Notes: generated by a model not told the origin, from the letters alone. Shown: positions 36,471 through 49,700, counted from the first letter of the stretch. The stretch: 64,000 nt of DNA from Felis catus (GCF_018350175.1 NC_058368.1:189598001-189662000), one strand, 5' to 3'. Numbers and translations are program-made.

Positions 36471-37598
36471 AACAAACAAGTACATGAGTACCTAACAAAC
36501 AACTTTTTGTTTTGCTCACTTGATTTATTCCCCTCCCAGCTCTCTGAGGTAGGTTCCGCCATTGTCAGAACAGTTCTTCAAATTTTGTGATAGAAGCAGG
36601 GAAGGTGGATAAACAAAAGAGCACAAAGGCTACTAGCACTGGAGGTGAAGCTTTCCTGGGAATGTTATAAAAATTGTAGAAAAGGAGAAGCCACAAGGTA
36701 TGACGGAATTAGATGATTAGGTAAGAGGGATACTTTTAAAAGAGTTATTGTGGCATATGTATCCCTTCTTAATGTTTGAGCAATTTAAACAAAGAACTTG
36801 AGTTGTTTGATATTAACATTTCTTTAAACTAAGTTCTTTGATTGCAACACAGCTCTGAGACTGGATTATGTGAGTCCTGTCTTCAGTAGGGTTATACACT
36901 CATCCACAAACACACAGACACACACAAACAGCAAAAGCTCAACTACTCTTGGTAACAAGGTTGTCATGATCAGCTTCAATGTTAACCTTGTCTAGGCATG
37001 TCAGAAGGAAAGAGATTGGAATTTTTTAAAGGTCATTGACCTCTGGTTTACACTAAAGTTCAAGCCATGAACTCTGTACTATAAATCATTATTATTAAAA
37101 GCAGCTGGGGTGTAGTAGAAAAGTCTTGGATTTATGAGCAGGAAACATGGGCTGAAGTGCTGTTCCACAGCTCACTAGCTGAGTGATCTTAGTACATTCC
37201 TTAACATTCCTTTAACATCTGTAAAAGGGGCATAATAGTACTTGCTTTATTGGTTAGCACAAAACTGAATTCCTTGAATATATGGGCTTATACATGTAGA
37301 ATATTCCTTATTCATTTGTGTATCCTTAAGACAGTTCATTGGTGGCAAATACACAGCCCTAATGCTGTAACTCCCTGCCCATGGAAAACAAAGTGAATAA
37401 ATAATAGTAGTCTGTTCTACTAAATCCAGCATATAAACGTACCAAATAAGTCAATATGTGTTGAATGAACGAATGGAATGCTCCAAGCTGATCAGAGCTG
37501 GCTCTTGAGATGAAGCACAATAGCTATTCCTGGTTCTAGCCTTTATTCCAGCATTATCACGATGTATATAATTGATCACATGCCCATGCCCTCTAGAC

Positions 37599-37770
37599 CA
37601 TGGATCTACCAACTATTTTTGCAAATAAAAATGTTTTGGAACACAGCAACACTCATTGTCTACATATTGTCCATGGCAGAGTTTAGTAGTTGTAATAGAG
37701 ACTTTATGACGCACAAAGCCTAAAACATTTACTATTGAAGCTTTTACAAAAAAGAAATCACCAAATTCTG
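37599..37770 (+). mobile_element. MER58A-like hAT-Charlie MITE
   Basis: 'ttggaacacagc...ggcagagtttagtagttg..agagac...gcacaaagcctaaaacatttactat'; perfect 8-bp TSD ctctagac at 37591-37598 and 37771-37778. Confidence 0.88.
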
Positions 37771-38206
37771 CTCTAGACCCTTGAAGATAGAGGCTGTGTG
37801 TTTCATTTTCTTATCCCCACCACCTTGTGAAAAGCAGATAAATGTTAACTGAATTAACATATATTGAAGATTCCAAAAAGGATGCTGGTTGACCTGAAAT
37901 CATGAGTCCACTAGAATAGCCATTCCATTTCTCATCAAGACTCTCAGGTGAGGAAAACAAGACAGTCTCCTTTCATTAGGAGAAAGGCTGTAGCTAGCAG
38001 CTGAGACCCAAAGACAAACTGGCCACTGTAGTGGCCAAGAGCACTTGGGGTGAGGGTGGAATTGAAGGTGATAGAAGAGTGGAGACCAAGAGCAGAAGAG
38101 CATGGAGAAAACATGAAGGAGGAAGTCCAAAGTCAAACATGGTCTCTCACCTACTCTGCTAAAAACAAGCACTGTCTAATAAATATAATTTAGTGAAGAA
38201 CCTTAA

Positions 38207-38593
38207 AGTGTTGTTTGTGGACAACTTACATCATAGTCACCTGAGGAGTGTGTTAACATAAAATTATCTAGGAATCATCCCAGGCTTAAGAAGTCATGAA
38301 TTCTAGGGGTGGGGTCAAAGAATCAGCATTAACAAGTTCCCCAGGTGCTTTTTATACCCACTAATTTTTTTTAATTTTAATGTTTATTTATTTTAGAGAG
38401 AGAGAGATAGCATGAGCAGGGGAGAGGCAGACATAGAATCCAAGGCAGGCTCCAGGCTCTGAGCTGTCAGCACAGAGCTTAACGTGGTGCTTGAACCCAT
38501 GAACTGGGAGATCATGCCCTGAGCCAAAGTCAGACGCTCAACTGACTGAGCCACCCGGGCGCCCAATATACCCACTAATTTTTAGAACCACTG
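38207..38593. mobile_element. MER5A-like MITE split by a SINEC
   Basis: 'tcacctgaggag...ctaggggtggggtcaaagaatcagcattaacaagttccccaggtg' ... 'tttagaaccactg'. Confidence 0.75.
38370..38566 (-). mobile_element. SINEC nested in MER5A
   Basis: perfect 17-bp TSD tatacccactaattttt at 38353-38369 and 38567-38583. Confidence 0.93.
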
Positions 38594-38962
38594 ACGTAGA
38601 TAGAGAATATGCTCTTTTCCCAAGTGAGAGTTCCTAATAAGTATTTATCTCAGATGGCCCCCTTGTCACACATATTTTCCATTTAAAGACTTTAAGATCA
38701 ATGCATTCTTACTGAACATTTGAGTGTTAACCTGTTGAGAGATACTTGTGTTGTGTCCGCACAATGCCAAATTCCTGGTCTACCCAACCAAAACTACTGG
38801 ATAAATCTGTGCCTCAGTGAACTGGACAGTCAAAACTTGATTGATGATCCAAGAGTTTCATGGAGATACAGGCCCAGAGAGAGAGACAAGGACAGTGCAG
38901 GGGGGACATGTGACAGAATAACTACATTTTATTGGAAAGTATCTTTACCCCAAAATAACCAT

Positions 38963-39185
38963 GGGGCGCCTGAGTGGCGCAGTCGGTTAAGCGTCCGACT
39001 TCAGCCAGGTCACGATCTCGCGGCCCGTGAGTTCGAGCCCCGCGTCAGGCTCTGGGCTGATGGCTCGGAGCCTGGAGCCTGTTTCCGATTCTGTGTCTCC
39101 CTCTCTCTCTGCCCCTCCCCCGTTCATGCTCTGTCTCTCTCTGTCCCAAAAATAAATAAAAAACATTGAAAAAAATTAAAAAAAA
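38963..39185 (+). mobile_element. Young felid SINEC_Fc
   Basis: CpG-intact body; TSD aaaataacca at 38952-38961 and 39186-39195. Confidence 0.96.
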
Positions 39186-39789
39186 AAAATAACCAAGATA
39201 AATGGTTTGTGACTGTGACATAGGACAAAGAATTTCATATAACAGAGTTGACTATGGAAAAAATGCAGCCAGTACAGTAAATCACTCTATGGGGAAAAAC
39301 AAAACGGAAACAGTTCAGAATAAGTGCCTCTAGAGATAAAAATCACCTCTATGAGATATTTTTGTAAAAAACGTCCTTAGAAATATTAAGGAATAATTTA
39401 TAGTAGAAAAAAGCTATTAAAAACCAAATGGCCTTCCAAAATGATAGCAAAGTATATATTTAACATGGGCTCATTATACCTTATTTACTATCAGTTCTAA
39501 CTAGGTTTTTTATTTGCTGCCAAAGTTTGGCACCAAGAGTGTTAACTCTAGCCAACCCTTTCTTCTCAAGGCTATAAACATTATGAAAGGGGTTAAGAAA
39601 TGAAGATAGACTCCTCCCCCACCTCTACCACTGGGACTCATTTCCTGACTTCTCAATAGCAGTCATTCATTATTTGTGTACCTGGGAAACTCAACCTACC
39701 TGCCAACTATTCCCACTCAGATGCTGGAATCAGAATTCAGAAACAGCATACATTCCAAAGAATTCTTATTTATTTTTTTAAAGACCTGC

Positions 39790-41090
39790 AAAATGAGTAA
39801 AACTGTATTGGGAAAACTGAATAATCATCTGGGAAAATAAATGATGTTTGATTACTAAATCATTCCCTACACCAAAAGGCATTCCAGATGAGCAGCCAAA
39901 GATTAAAGTGCAAAATATGAAACCATAAAGGTTCTAGAATATAACATTAAGGGAAAAAGCACTCCTGTATATAACATAAAATTCAGATGTCAAAATGAAT
40001 TATAGATGAATTTCACTACAAAAATTCTATATGAAAGAAAATCAGGGGGAAAAAGTCAAAGATAAATAAAAAACTGGAGAAAAGCTAGTTTGCAATTCAT
40101 ATCGTAGACCAAAGCCTATTTTCATTAATATACAAAAAGCCATTAGAAATCAATAAGAAAAATCCAACTACCAAAGGAAAAAATAGGCAAAGACCTATAC
40201 ACTTCATAGAAAATTAGTTAGGGGCACCAGTTCATGAGTTCGAAGCCCTCATGGGGCTTTGCACTGATGCGCAGAGCCTGCTTGGGATTCTGTTTCTCTT
40301 TCTCTCTGTTCCTTCCAGACTTGTGTGTGCATGCTGTCTCTCAAAATAAATAAACTTAAAAAACGGAAAAAGAAAAAAAAAGCTAAAATGACTTATAAAC
40401 ATATTAAACTTACACAACTTCCTCACAATAAGAGAAATGAACATTAAAAACTATACTGAGATACCATCTTTCACCTCTCAGATTGATAAAGATTTTTAAA
40501 AATTATAGCAACTTGCTTTGAAGGTAAGAAAACAAATACATTTAAACCCTGATTGATAAGAATGTGAAATGATTTAACCTCTGAGAAAGGTAATTTAGTA
40601 ATGTTTATCAAAATTTAAAATGCATATATCTTTTAAATCAACAATTAAAGTTCTAGTGATTCATCTTGAAATTTACCTAAATCTGTATACAATAACTGGG
40701 ATTGTTATGGTATCGTTACTTATATTAGCAAAAAATTAAAACATCCTGAATGTCCATCAACAGAAGGCTGGTAAAAGAAATTATGGTAAATACATAAAGT
40801 AAAATATAGTTAAGGTTAAAATTAAAGAGAGTGCTCTGTATTATTATGTGAAAGAAGTTAAAAATAAGTATTAAGCAAAAAAAAAGTACAGAATAACATA
40901 CTGTGTTCGTATATGATTATCATGCACAGAATATTTCAGCAGGAAACACAACAAACAGGTAACAGTGATTGCCCCTGGGGAGAACTGGTAGCTAGGAATA
41001 AGGTTGGAAGAGTGACTTTTCATGATATATCTTGTCCTTTGAATTCTGAACCGCAAGCAAGTAGTACTATTCAAAAGATTTCTTTTTTTA
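39790..41090 (+). mobile_element. Old L1M ORF2 3' end and 3'UTR, interrupted by SINEC
   Basis: 'tacaccaaa..attccagatg', 'gaaaccataaaggttctaga', 'tactgagataccat..ttcacct', 'aatgtccatcaacag'. Confidence 0.8.
40221..40380 (+). mobile_element. SINEC lacking A-box region
   Basis: ggggcacc joined directly to agttcatgagttcgaagccc; normal 3' half and tail. Confidence 0.85.
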
Positions 41091-41227
41091 AAGAGCCAGA
41101 GAAAGAAAATTGGATAAATATTCAAATTCTGTCATCATACTCTAAAGAGATCCTGAAGACAAGTCTCTTCCTGCATGATTTCAGTATTACCACTTGGCAG
41201 GAAATATCTTTAAGATATGAATTAGTG

Positions 41228-41400
41228 AGGAGCTTGGTTGGCTCAGTCTTGGTTTCGGCTCAGGTCATGATCCCAGGGTCACGGGCTCTGTGCTGAATGT
41301 GAAACTTGCTTAGGATTCTCTCTCTCTCCTTCCGCCCCTCTCCCCCACTTTCATGCTCTCACTCTCTCTCTCTCCCTCTAAAATGAAATAAAATATAAAA
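41228..41400 (+). mobile_element. Degenerate SINEC with internal deletions
   Basis: 'ggctcagtcttggtttcggctcaggtcatgatcccagggtcacgggctctgtgctg..ggattctctc' and A tail. Confidence 0.8.
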
Positions 41401-44019
41401 AAATTAATTAGTATTCTGCTTTATTTTTCCTTCCTCCCCTTTCCCAAACATGTGTTCAGACCCTTAATAATTCCTTGCCTTAGAGAATTCTACAGGATAG
41501 AAAACAGAAGCTGCTTAAGTCAATGATTCTATCTTTTGTAAAAGCCCCAGAACTTTGAAGAGATCATGACAATAGACCCAAAGAAGAAGAAAGAGGTGTG
41601 CTTTTGAGGAAAGGAGTGGAGAAGGAAGAAGAAAGTTTCTGTAATAAGAAAGAAGTAAAGGTCAGGCAGCACCAACAGTAAAGTTCATAGGGATAGATAT
41701 TTCGTAGACTAATGGGATCTCAACACAGAACAGAAGGGTTCCCAGGCTCATCAGGGTCCAAACCCCAAGAGCCAAGCCCTAAAGGGCTTATAGAAGCACT
41801 GAGAGCTAACCTATATTGACCAATGTGGCCACTTCTACCCAGCACTGAGAAAAAGCCTAGGACCTTGGCAAAACCCTGGTGGAGTGTGGGGGGAGCAACA
41901 GTGGTGATTGAAGGAACTCCCATAATGATAGAGGCTGGGTTTCCCTCCAACCATCAGGATTCAGGGCTTATAGCTGGATTTAAATTGACTTATTATATAG
42001 CTTATTTCCTGGATGAAGAGTCCTCTCCACTATACAGCAAGGTGCATTGTAAGTAAATCAGCTGGTATGTAGCAGACACTCAACATATTTTAGTCCCACT
42101 GCCCGATGTCTTTTTTGATGACACCACATGGAAACATTTTTCTTTTCTTTCTTTTCTACCATGTTTTGTTCCTCAAATCGTTCTATGTTTCTTATACTCT
42201 ACCTTTGCCTTTTTCCTATCTTCCTCTCCTGCTGCCCAAGATGTAGACATAATGAAGGTACGAGCAAGGATAACTTAAGGCAAACTGAATCACTCAAAGA
42301 TGCTCTCTTGAGCTTACAGAACTCACGGTCAGAATGTAGGGAAATTGCCTCAAAATGGCTGCCTCTTCTGCCCAGATTTCTCCATGAGGCTGGAGAATAT
42401 GTTAACTTTGAGGCACACAATGAAGCTGACTCTCTGAGACTTCACAGGAGCCTTAGACAGGGCTCTTTTAGCTAAGTGTAGAACTGGTCTCTGGAACAGG
42501 CACTGAACATAACAGTGCATTTGAACAGAAATTCAGGGATCTGTTGCTTCTTGGGTCCTTACAAGGAGGTAGTATGGGACTCCTGAGAGATCCCAGCATC
42601 ATTAATCATCAAAGAAATGTCACTTGGCTGTCTGAAGAAACATAATAGAAAAATGGGGAGAATGAATGGGGAACTGAGACCTTGGGGGTGTAGGGATTCC
42701 CCTGAAGTTCTTAATTTAATGGACTCTGAAAGGCCCATTCTTCCCCAGGGCCTAAAAGTTTCAAAAACATTTTTCAACTATGTGTTTTCATTTCAATGAT
42801 AATTTCAAAAGAGAAAAATTAGCAACTATAAGACCAAAATTTCTCTTTAGCAATGATAGTTTACAATTGAAAGTTTAAGTCAGTGTTTTCCAAATAGGGT
42901 TGTCTTCTCTAGAGTTGAGAGAAGTTTTTTTCTTTTTTGGAAGAGGGGTCCAAAATTTAAACATCACAAAAATTTAAGAAGCCCTGGTTTTAAGCACTGT
43001 CTTTTCAGGAAAGTGGGATAAAATGTGAATGCCCTTATGATCTCCCATCAGTGTCTCGGCATTGATTATGTAACAAGTGCCACAACTTTGGAGAGCAGGG
43101 TCCTCAAGGTGCAGAGAAGGCTTGGAAGAGGAGTGATAGAGAATATGGAGTATCCAGGTGACACATGAGGAGCAAGGGAAGGGTAGGCACCAATGAGCAA
43201 AGGAGAGCCTTACAAAAGGTCACTGAAGTACCATCCAACATAATGTCAGATGTCAACCTAATACATTGGTCCATAAAGAACCCTGAACTTGAGTTGTATC
43301 CAGTAAAACAACCCTCCACCACCACCAGGGTTTTCCAACTGCTAGTGTGTACATCAGCATCTCATAAGCCCAAAATGAAGACTACTCTGGGGTCCTGTTC
43401 TCCTCTTTCTAAACCCCATCTACTCTTCAAGGCCTAACCTCTCCCTGACTTCATGCAACATATTTTTTTTCATCTGTGCCACATACTTTATTACCCATAA
43501 ACTGTTTGAATTGCTCACTGTTGATCAAGCTATATTCCTCTTGTCTAGCCAAGAATTCTGTAGGATCCTTGTAGGTAGGCCCTAGAAAAGCACCAGCCCA
43601 CAATAATAATTCCTACCATTTTCGTCAACTACAAAACACTTTTTTTGCATATTCCCTTATTTTACTAAAACATGCATCTTATTAGGCAAATTGGACAGGA
43701 ATTACTGTAAACTTCTATTAAGAAAAACAAAGAACTGAGTCCCAGAAAAGTACGGTGACTGGATTTGAACCCATTATCCATTAAGGAAACTCACAACATA
43801 CTACTAAACTCTTTAGATAAGCCATCTCCATACTGATCCGGGAGTCCTTTTGATGTTACATGATTTCTTTTAAAACTATTCTTCAAACGCATGGTATGCT
43901 ACCAATTTCACTACCTTGCCTTCATACTATTTGTCTGGGTTGCAAATCTATAGTTATTTTGTGATCATGAGCCAGATCCTAAGTAGGTGTTTAATAAATA
44001 TTTGCTACTGAATGGATTC

Positions 44020-44165
44020 TACCTCTTCCACTAGACGGTAAGTTCCCTGAGAGTAATGACACCTATTTTGCTCACTATCCTATCCTCAGCTTCTAAACAG
44101 TCCTCAGCACACAGTAGGTCCCCATTAAATATTAATTGATAAACACATGAATCAATTAATCAATG
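44020..44165 (+). mobile_element. L2 3' end
   Basis: 'ccactagacggtaagttccctgagag...cacagtagg..attaaatatt...tgaatcaattaatcaatg'. Confidence 0.7.
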
Positions 44166-44269
44166 CCTAAATGCCCTCCTGCGAAAAGCACTCATGGTGC
44201 CCACAAACATATTTCCTTTAAAAATCTAGTTTATGTCAACCCCCAAACCAGGGCAGTGAACCCAAAACA

Positions 44270-45130
44270 GAATAAAATTACTTCCAATAAAATGAACTGT
44301 TCCCCAGTTGCAAATTGGCTCTGGATGCTGCTGCTTCTCTCCCATTTATACTCTTTTCAGGCAGCTATTTCAGGTGATGGCATTATCATCGATGGAATTC
44401 AATAAAGCGACTGGCTTTCCCCCCCTCGACGTTTATTTTCTATAATCCGTCTTACAGCGGGAGACCATTATCCAGTCAAACAACGTTCAATTTCATCGGC
44501 ATTACCGCTTCAAGGAAACATGCAGCGGGTTTGCACAAACGGGTGTGTAGTAAATTTAGTCTTTTAATAGGTTCATTCTTTATTAGGTATTTATTTCGGG
44601 AGGCGAAGTCCTAATTAGATTAAGTGGAGAAACTAAAAAGCTATGGAAACACACAGAGAGATTCCAGAATTAGATGGATTTGGTTTAGGTTTCCAGTTTT
44701 CCTTTTATTTTCTTGTCTGCAGATGGCTGGAGAAATCCACACTGCAATCTCCAGCCCCTCGGATAAGAGTTTGTGAAATGAAACCCTGCCAACATTTTGT
44801 GTGAGGAAGTCACATTTGTCTTTCTCCTACGCAAAGTTATTGTGGGGCCAGAATCTAGGAAAAAGCAGCTCCCGGAGCCAATGGTGAACCCAATTTACTG
44901 TGGCAGATGAATATAACAAAGGTGGTGGTCTAGATGTTTGGCCTCAAGGCACAATTCAATTTTCAGCTGTTTCAAAGCTATTATGTCAAAGGCTGTTTGC
45001 ATAAACATAATGTTGCCGGGTAATCTTGGGTAGGCAGGAGTAGAGACGTCTGCCCTCTACTGCCCAAAATGGAAATAGCGGCTGGATGTCCCTTCAACCC
45101 GGAATTAAAGGTACAAAAAAGTCTACAGTC
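44270..45130. promoter_or_regulatory. Candidate deeply conserved non-coding element/enhancer
   Basis: 13 CpGs in ~44390-44606 in non-repeat AT-rich DNA; CCAATAAAA (44284-44292), ATCGAT, CTAATTAG (44611-44618), AACAAAG, TGTTTGCATAAACA. Conservation not verified. Confidence 0.6.
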
Positions 45131-46249
45131 GCCCCAACTAATGGGCCATCTCCAGAACTTTCTGAAACTTTTTTTTTCTCAAGCTTTGAGATCAGAAGTG
45201 ATTATTTTGGGGGAGAAAATGAAGTAGACTAAGGATGTGATGAGTTGATTGATGATGTGGGAACACATGAGAAAGCTATTTCCCTTCTTAGAATTTAAAA
45301 GAAAATTCCCTTCACCCTTCCATCCACCCACACATATATATTTATATTATCACAATGATATTTAATATGTTTTTTTTAACATAGAAAGAAGAAACAGACA
45401 ATGAGTCACAGGAAACAAATCAATACATTTCAGAGTGGGCTAAAAATGTCACCATAAAAAAGTTTCATTTTTATGAGGGCAAAAGTGGGAAAGGATATCT
45501 GTTCAGTTTCATGTAAAATTCTAACTCTTTCTTCGGGTTTCTTCTCTCTTTTTTGGTTCTTCCTCTTTAATAAAAACTGTGTCACGCTCCATGTAAGCAC
45601 TTTATACCCTCAGGGAACCACTGTTAACATTTAAATGTTTTCCCCTCCAAGTACAATTAATTTTTTAGTAAAATAGAGGATGGGCCATTCTGGGGAGGAT
45701 TTTTTAGGTTGGGTGCTATAGCAGAGGGTCTCCAGACAGAGAAAGTTCATATGCAAATAGATGTGTTCCAGAGGACAGTCACCTAAACCCAAACCTGCAA
45801 AGAGTCAGTCTTGAACCAAACTTCAAACAGAAAACTGCCCATCAGATGATGTTGGTCCCAACCAACAAAGAATTAAACCTCGACTGTGTTTTGTAAACTA
45901 ATATTCCTATACCTAGAGTTGTCCTTAAGTGTTTCATATTCTAAAATGTCCGACCCTTGTTCAAGTCACTAGACACAGATATTCCTTCTGCATGCCAAGG
46001 TATCCAATAAGGCTATGCATCAAAACCAGACAACATAAACACATACATGGAGTTCACAGACTAATAGAGTTTACAGCCTAGAGGAGTTTATAGTTTGGTG
46101 AAAGGGACTGCCATTCATCAGATAACACAATCAAGTGATTAATTACAAAATGAAGATTTTTTTTGAATAGTGTTCATAGGGCATGTTTAATAGGCTACCT
46201 AACAACACCATCCCTATGGTGACAAAATGTTTGTCTGTAATAATAAAAA

Positions 46250-47010
46250 TATCTACTACTTACTGGAGTTTTTCCTCATTTCAGGCACTATATGAGGTCT
46301 TTACAAGGTTTTTTCATTCACTCTTCACTGTACTCCATGAGGTAAGCATATTATTGCCCCATTTTACTGATTAATAAACTGAGATTCAAAGAAGTAAAGT
46401 AACTTGGCCAAGGTCATACAGCCAATAAATGGCTCATAGCAGTCTACACCCTTCACACCTTCCTCCTTTTCTAATTATCTCAGCTAAATATTCTAGAAAA
46501 TTTAGCCAATGAGTTTAAGTTGAGGACCAACAATGTTCACATTAGGCAGAGCTACTGTATTTATTTTCTTAAAGCTTCAGGAGCAAAAAGAGTTACCTAT
46601 TTTTAAACAACAGGGGAAGGGAGATGACTTCCCAGGGTAGTTAGTAGATAAGTGTGTTTTCTGAGGCCAGACTGCTCGGATTCAAATCCCAGAACTACTA
46701 ATTACGAACCGTGTGACTTTAGACAAATTTCTTCCTCTTCCCATACTTCAATCTCCTTACTTGTAAGACAGGGATGATAATAAAAGTATCTTACATCATG
46801 GGGTTGTTTGTAAGGATTAAACAGATAACCCAGTGTATCTGAAGCACTGAAAATAGTGTTCAGCACAAAGCACTCTATTTTGGATTCAGAATGAAAGCAC
46901 AGGTGATGGTTTCTTGAGTTCAAAGGGGTTCATGAAAAGCTTAAACAAGATAATATTTGTAAAATGCTTAGAACAGTGCCCAGAACCAAGTAAGTACTTC
47001 TTAACTGTTC
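46250..47010. mobile_element. Cluster of MIR fragments (- ~46250-46440; + ~46640-46890; + ~46930-47010)
   Basis: 'ccccattttact..taaactgagattc..taacttggccaaggtcatacag'; 'gattcaaatccc..gtgtgactttagacaaatt..gggttgtttgtaaggattaaa'. Confidence 0.75.
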
Positions 47011-47399
47011 AGTGAAATCCCCTGCTGGCTGCCCATGACTGAGAGGAAGGGGGCTCCCGCAGCCAACGTCATCCCTGCATCAACAATCACAGCTTTGAGA
47101 TGAATGAACCATGTGTGGGTTGCCAGATGTTTGAGGCCACAGCATTTACCAAAGGCTCTGGTCTAACTGAAGAACAGTCTTATGATGTACATTCATTTGC
47201 ATTTGTTAGGGAAGCCTCAGTGTTGGGATTCTGCAGAACTGCCCTATGTGGAGAAAAACAAATTAATTAAACAAAGCAAGAGGTTCTTTGGTTTCTTTCT
47301 GCATTACCAGTGGTTTGCCTCACTCCCCACAAAGAAACAGGAATTCAGGGATTGAGTAACTTACATCTTCTCAGTTGGTATATTAGAGGATAATAAAGC

Positions 47400-47800
47400 A
47401 GAATAAAATTATAATTAAGGACACAGAAATTGAAGTCAGGCAAAACTGGGTTCAAATTCTAGCTCCATCCCTCACTTACATATGACCCTGATTGAGTAGC
47501 CTACACTTTTTGGATCTATGGATAAAATGGAAATAAAAATAGTATTTTCATTATTATTTGTTGGAAGAATAAAACATGATAATATGAAAAGTGTTGATCA
47601 TTAAAAAGATAATATAAAAACAATAATATCCAGTATTTATTTAGCGCTAACTATGCCAAGGACCTACTATGTCGTATTTGTGTCTCACCACAATCCAGCC
47701 TAAGTATTGTTCTTGGTCCCATTGTACAGACAATGCTTGAGATAACTGAGTCACTTGCTGGCATAGTTGAGATTTTAAGTCAAGTCTGATAGAGTGTAGG
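47400..47800. mobile_element. Two MIR fragments (+ then -)
   Basis: 'ctgggttcaaattctagctcca..cacttac..tgacc'; 'tatttatttagcgctaactatgcca...cccattgtacaga'. Confidence 0.65.
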
Positions 47801-48214
47801 ACATAATGTTCTGTAAATGTTAGCTGTTACTTCCTTTTGTATCACTGATTCCTCAATGATTCAAGCCATTAAGTATTTTTTACATGCTTACTTTTGTGAA
47901 GCCAGGGTCTGTGAGAAAAAAAAAAAAAAAGCAGAATAAGGCATAATTCTTACCTTCATAGAGCTTTTAGTTTTGTTGTTTAAATGAGACACTGGCACCT
48001 GATGAGTTATTGCTCCCATTTCTTTATCTTCCTAGAAATAACCAGAGTCCTCCACATAAAATACTCAACTTTCCCCCCCATTTTGACTTCCCCAAACCAT
48101 ATCTCCATTCCACGCAGTTAACATTTTTCACCATCAGCATATTAATTAGAAATTCTGAAGACAATCTGATGTATCTGGGATACAATGGTGAAAACTATAT
48201 ATTTACTAGTCTAC

Positions 48215-48801
48215 TCAGCATAGACATCTGTTATTTTTCCACCTAGCATCCATATATCCTTCTTCAAATAACAGCATCCCAACTTTGCTCTGGTACCCTC
48301 ATCTCTAACTCTCAGTCCATGTGCTTTGTGGGGAGTTGATTCTACTCTGGTCTCCAACAGGCCCTGTTTGAGGGGGTGGGGCATAAGAGTGATGTTAACG
48401 CAGGTTTAGCTACTCAAAAAGCTGCATTCTTCAAGCCAAGGGACTGGTTTGGGGATGGGCTTGTAATCTAATCAGAGCCAGAGAGGTTTTCCTGGGACTG
48501 AGGAGAGAAAGGCATCATGTTTTCCCATGGGTCTGCTAGCAGCAGAGAGAATTTGAGTCTGGAGCTTCCAGGGCCATCACAAGAAGCCTGGGAATGAAGC
48601 CAACATGGCAAGAGGCAGAGCTGAGAAATGAAGAGACACCAAGTCCTCATGACATCAGTTGAGCCCTTGGACCATGTCACTCCTGAAGCATACCACTGGA
48701 GAGAGACAATTTTTCATTCTTCCACAAAAATCCTTTCTCTGCTTAAGCCAGTTTGAATTAAGTATATATCAAATTCAGCCAAATTAATCAGGACTGATAG
48801 A
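48215..48801 (+). mobile_element. Old MaLR LTR (MLT1K/L-like)
   Basis: 'gaatgaagccaaca..agaggcagagctgagaaatgaagaga..gtcctcatgacatc.gttgagcccttgga...gcttaagccagtttga'. Confidence 0.8.
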
Positions 48802-49414
48802 GGGTTTCATAAATAAAAATTCATTCATGAATAGTAGTAGAAATTGGAATCAATTGTATACATTCTTCCACACTTCTCATCTTTTGAGTCATTGGCAATA
48901 TCCCTGTGAAACATCTCTCCAAAGTTGGTAATGCTGTCTACAAAACAGAATGAACCAAATTTGCATTAAAAACTAGAAATGAACCAAATTTACTCCAATA
49001 AATCTTAACTCCAGCAATGCAAAACATAATGTTGACTTTAGAACCAAGTAGGTATAAACTCTTTCTACGTTCATAATGCAAGATCACTCACAACTAAGTG
49101 TATCATGAGTGTGTGAAATTTACGTTGAACCAAAAATTGGTTGACTTACTAACCCCCAAGCAAATGATTTGAGAACAGCAAAGCGTAAGACTTAAAAAAG
49201 ACTTCTTTTCAGGAAAGCAGACCTTGTGAGTCAAAGCGGTGCATTCTGTAGTAGGACAACTGTTTGAGAAATTCATTTATGTGTTTTTCTTTCCTGTCTT
49301 TTACTTTTACCTTTCCCCTGTATCCAATCAAGTACCAAGCCCTGTGCTTCCCTGAGAGAAGGTCTGTGACTGAAACACTTTCTTCCCTGACTTTTGTTCT
49401 CAAAAGCCTATACT

Positions 49415-49700
49415 AGCAATGGCAACCTGATGGCCCACGGACAATCTACTTTGGCCTGCACAAAGTAATTTTAAAGACTTCAGGAGACACGTAGGAGATT
49501 GCTCATAAAAATCTGGATTTTAGCTTTTCTTGAAAAATCAGAAGATCCAGTAACACAGGGCACCATGAGTGACAACAGCAAGCCAGAACTAAGTAGCAGC
49601 TTCCCCTTTAGACAGACTATGTGCCAAGTCCTTACCAAGCTGCTTTACTCACTTCTATTCCTATCCAGCCTCTGTAGGCATTTGAGTTTGCGATTCTTCG
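49415..49700. mobile_element. MER102-like hAT-Charlie element
   Basis: 'cataaaaatctggattt.agcttttcttgaaaaatcagaagatc..taacac..ggc...ctgtaggcatttgagtttgcga'. Confidence 0.7.

Noticed and set aside
38720..39169. 149-aa ORF
   Set aside because: C-terminal half is SINEC translation, nearly identical to ORF at 9041
48949..48991. 14-bp direct repeat aatgaaccaaattt x2
   Set aside because: Only two copies; ordinary local duplication, not an array or CRISPR
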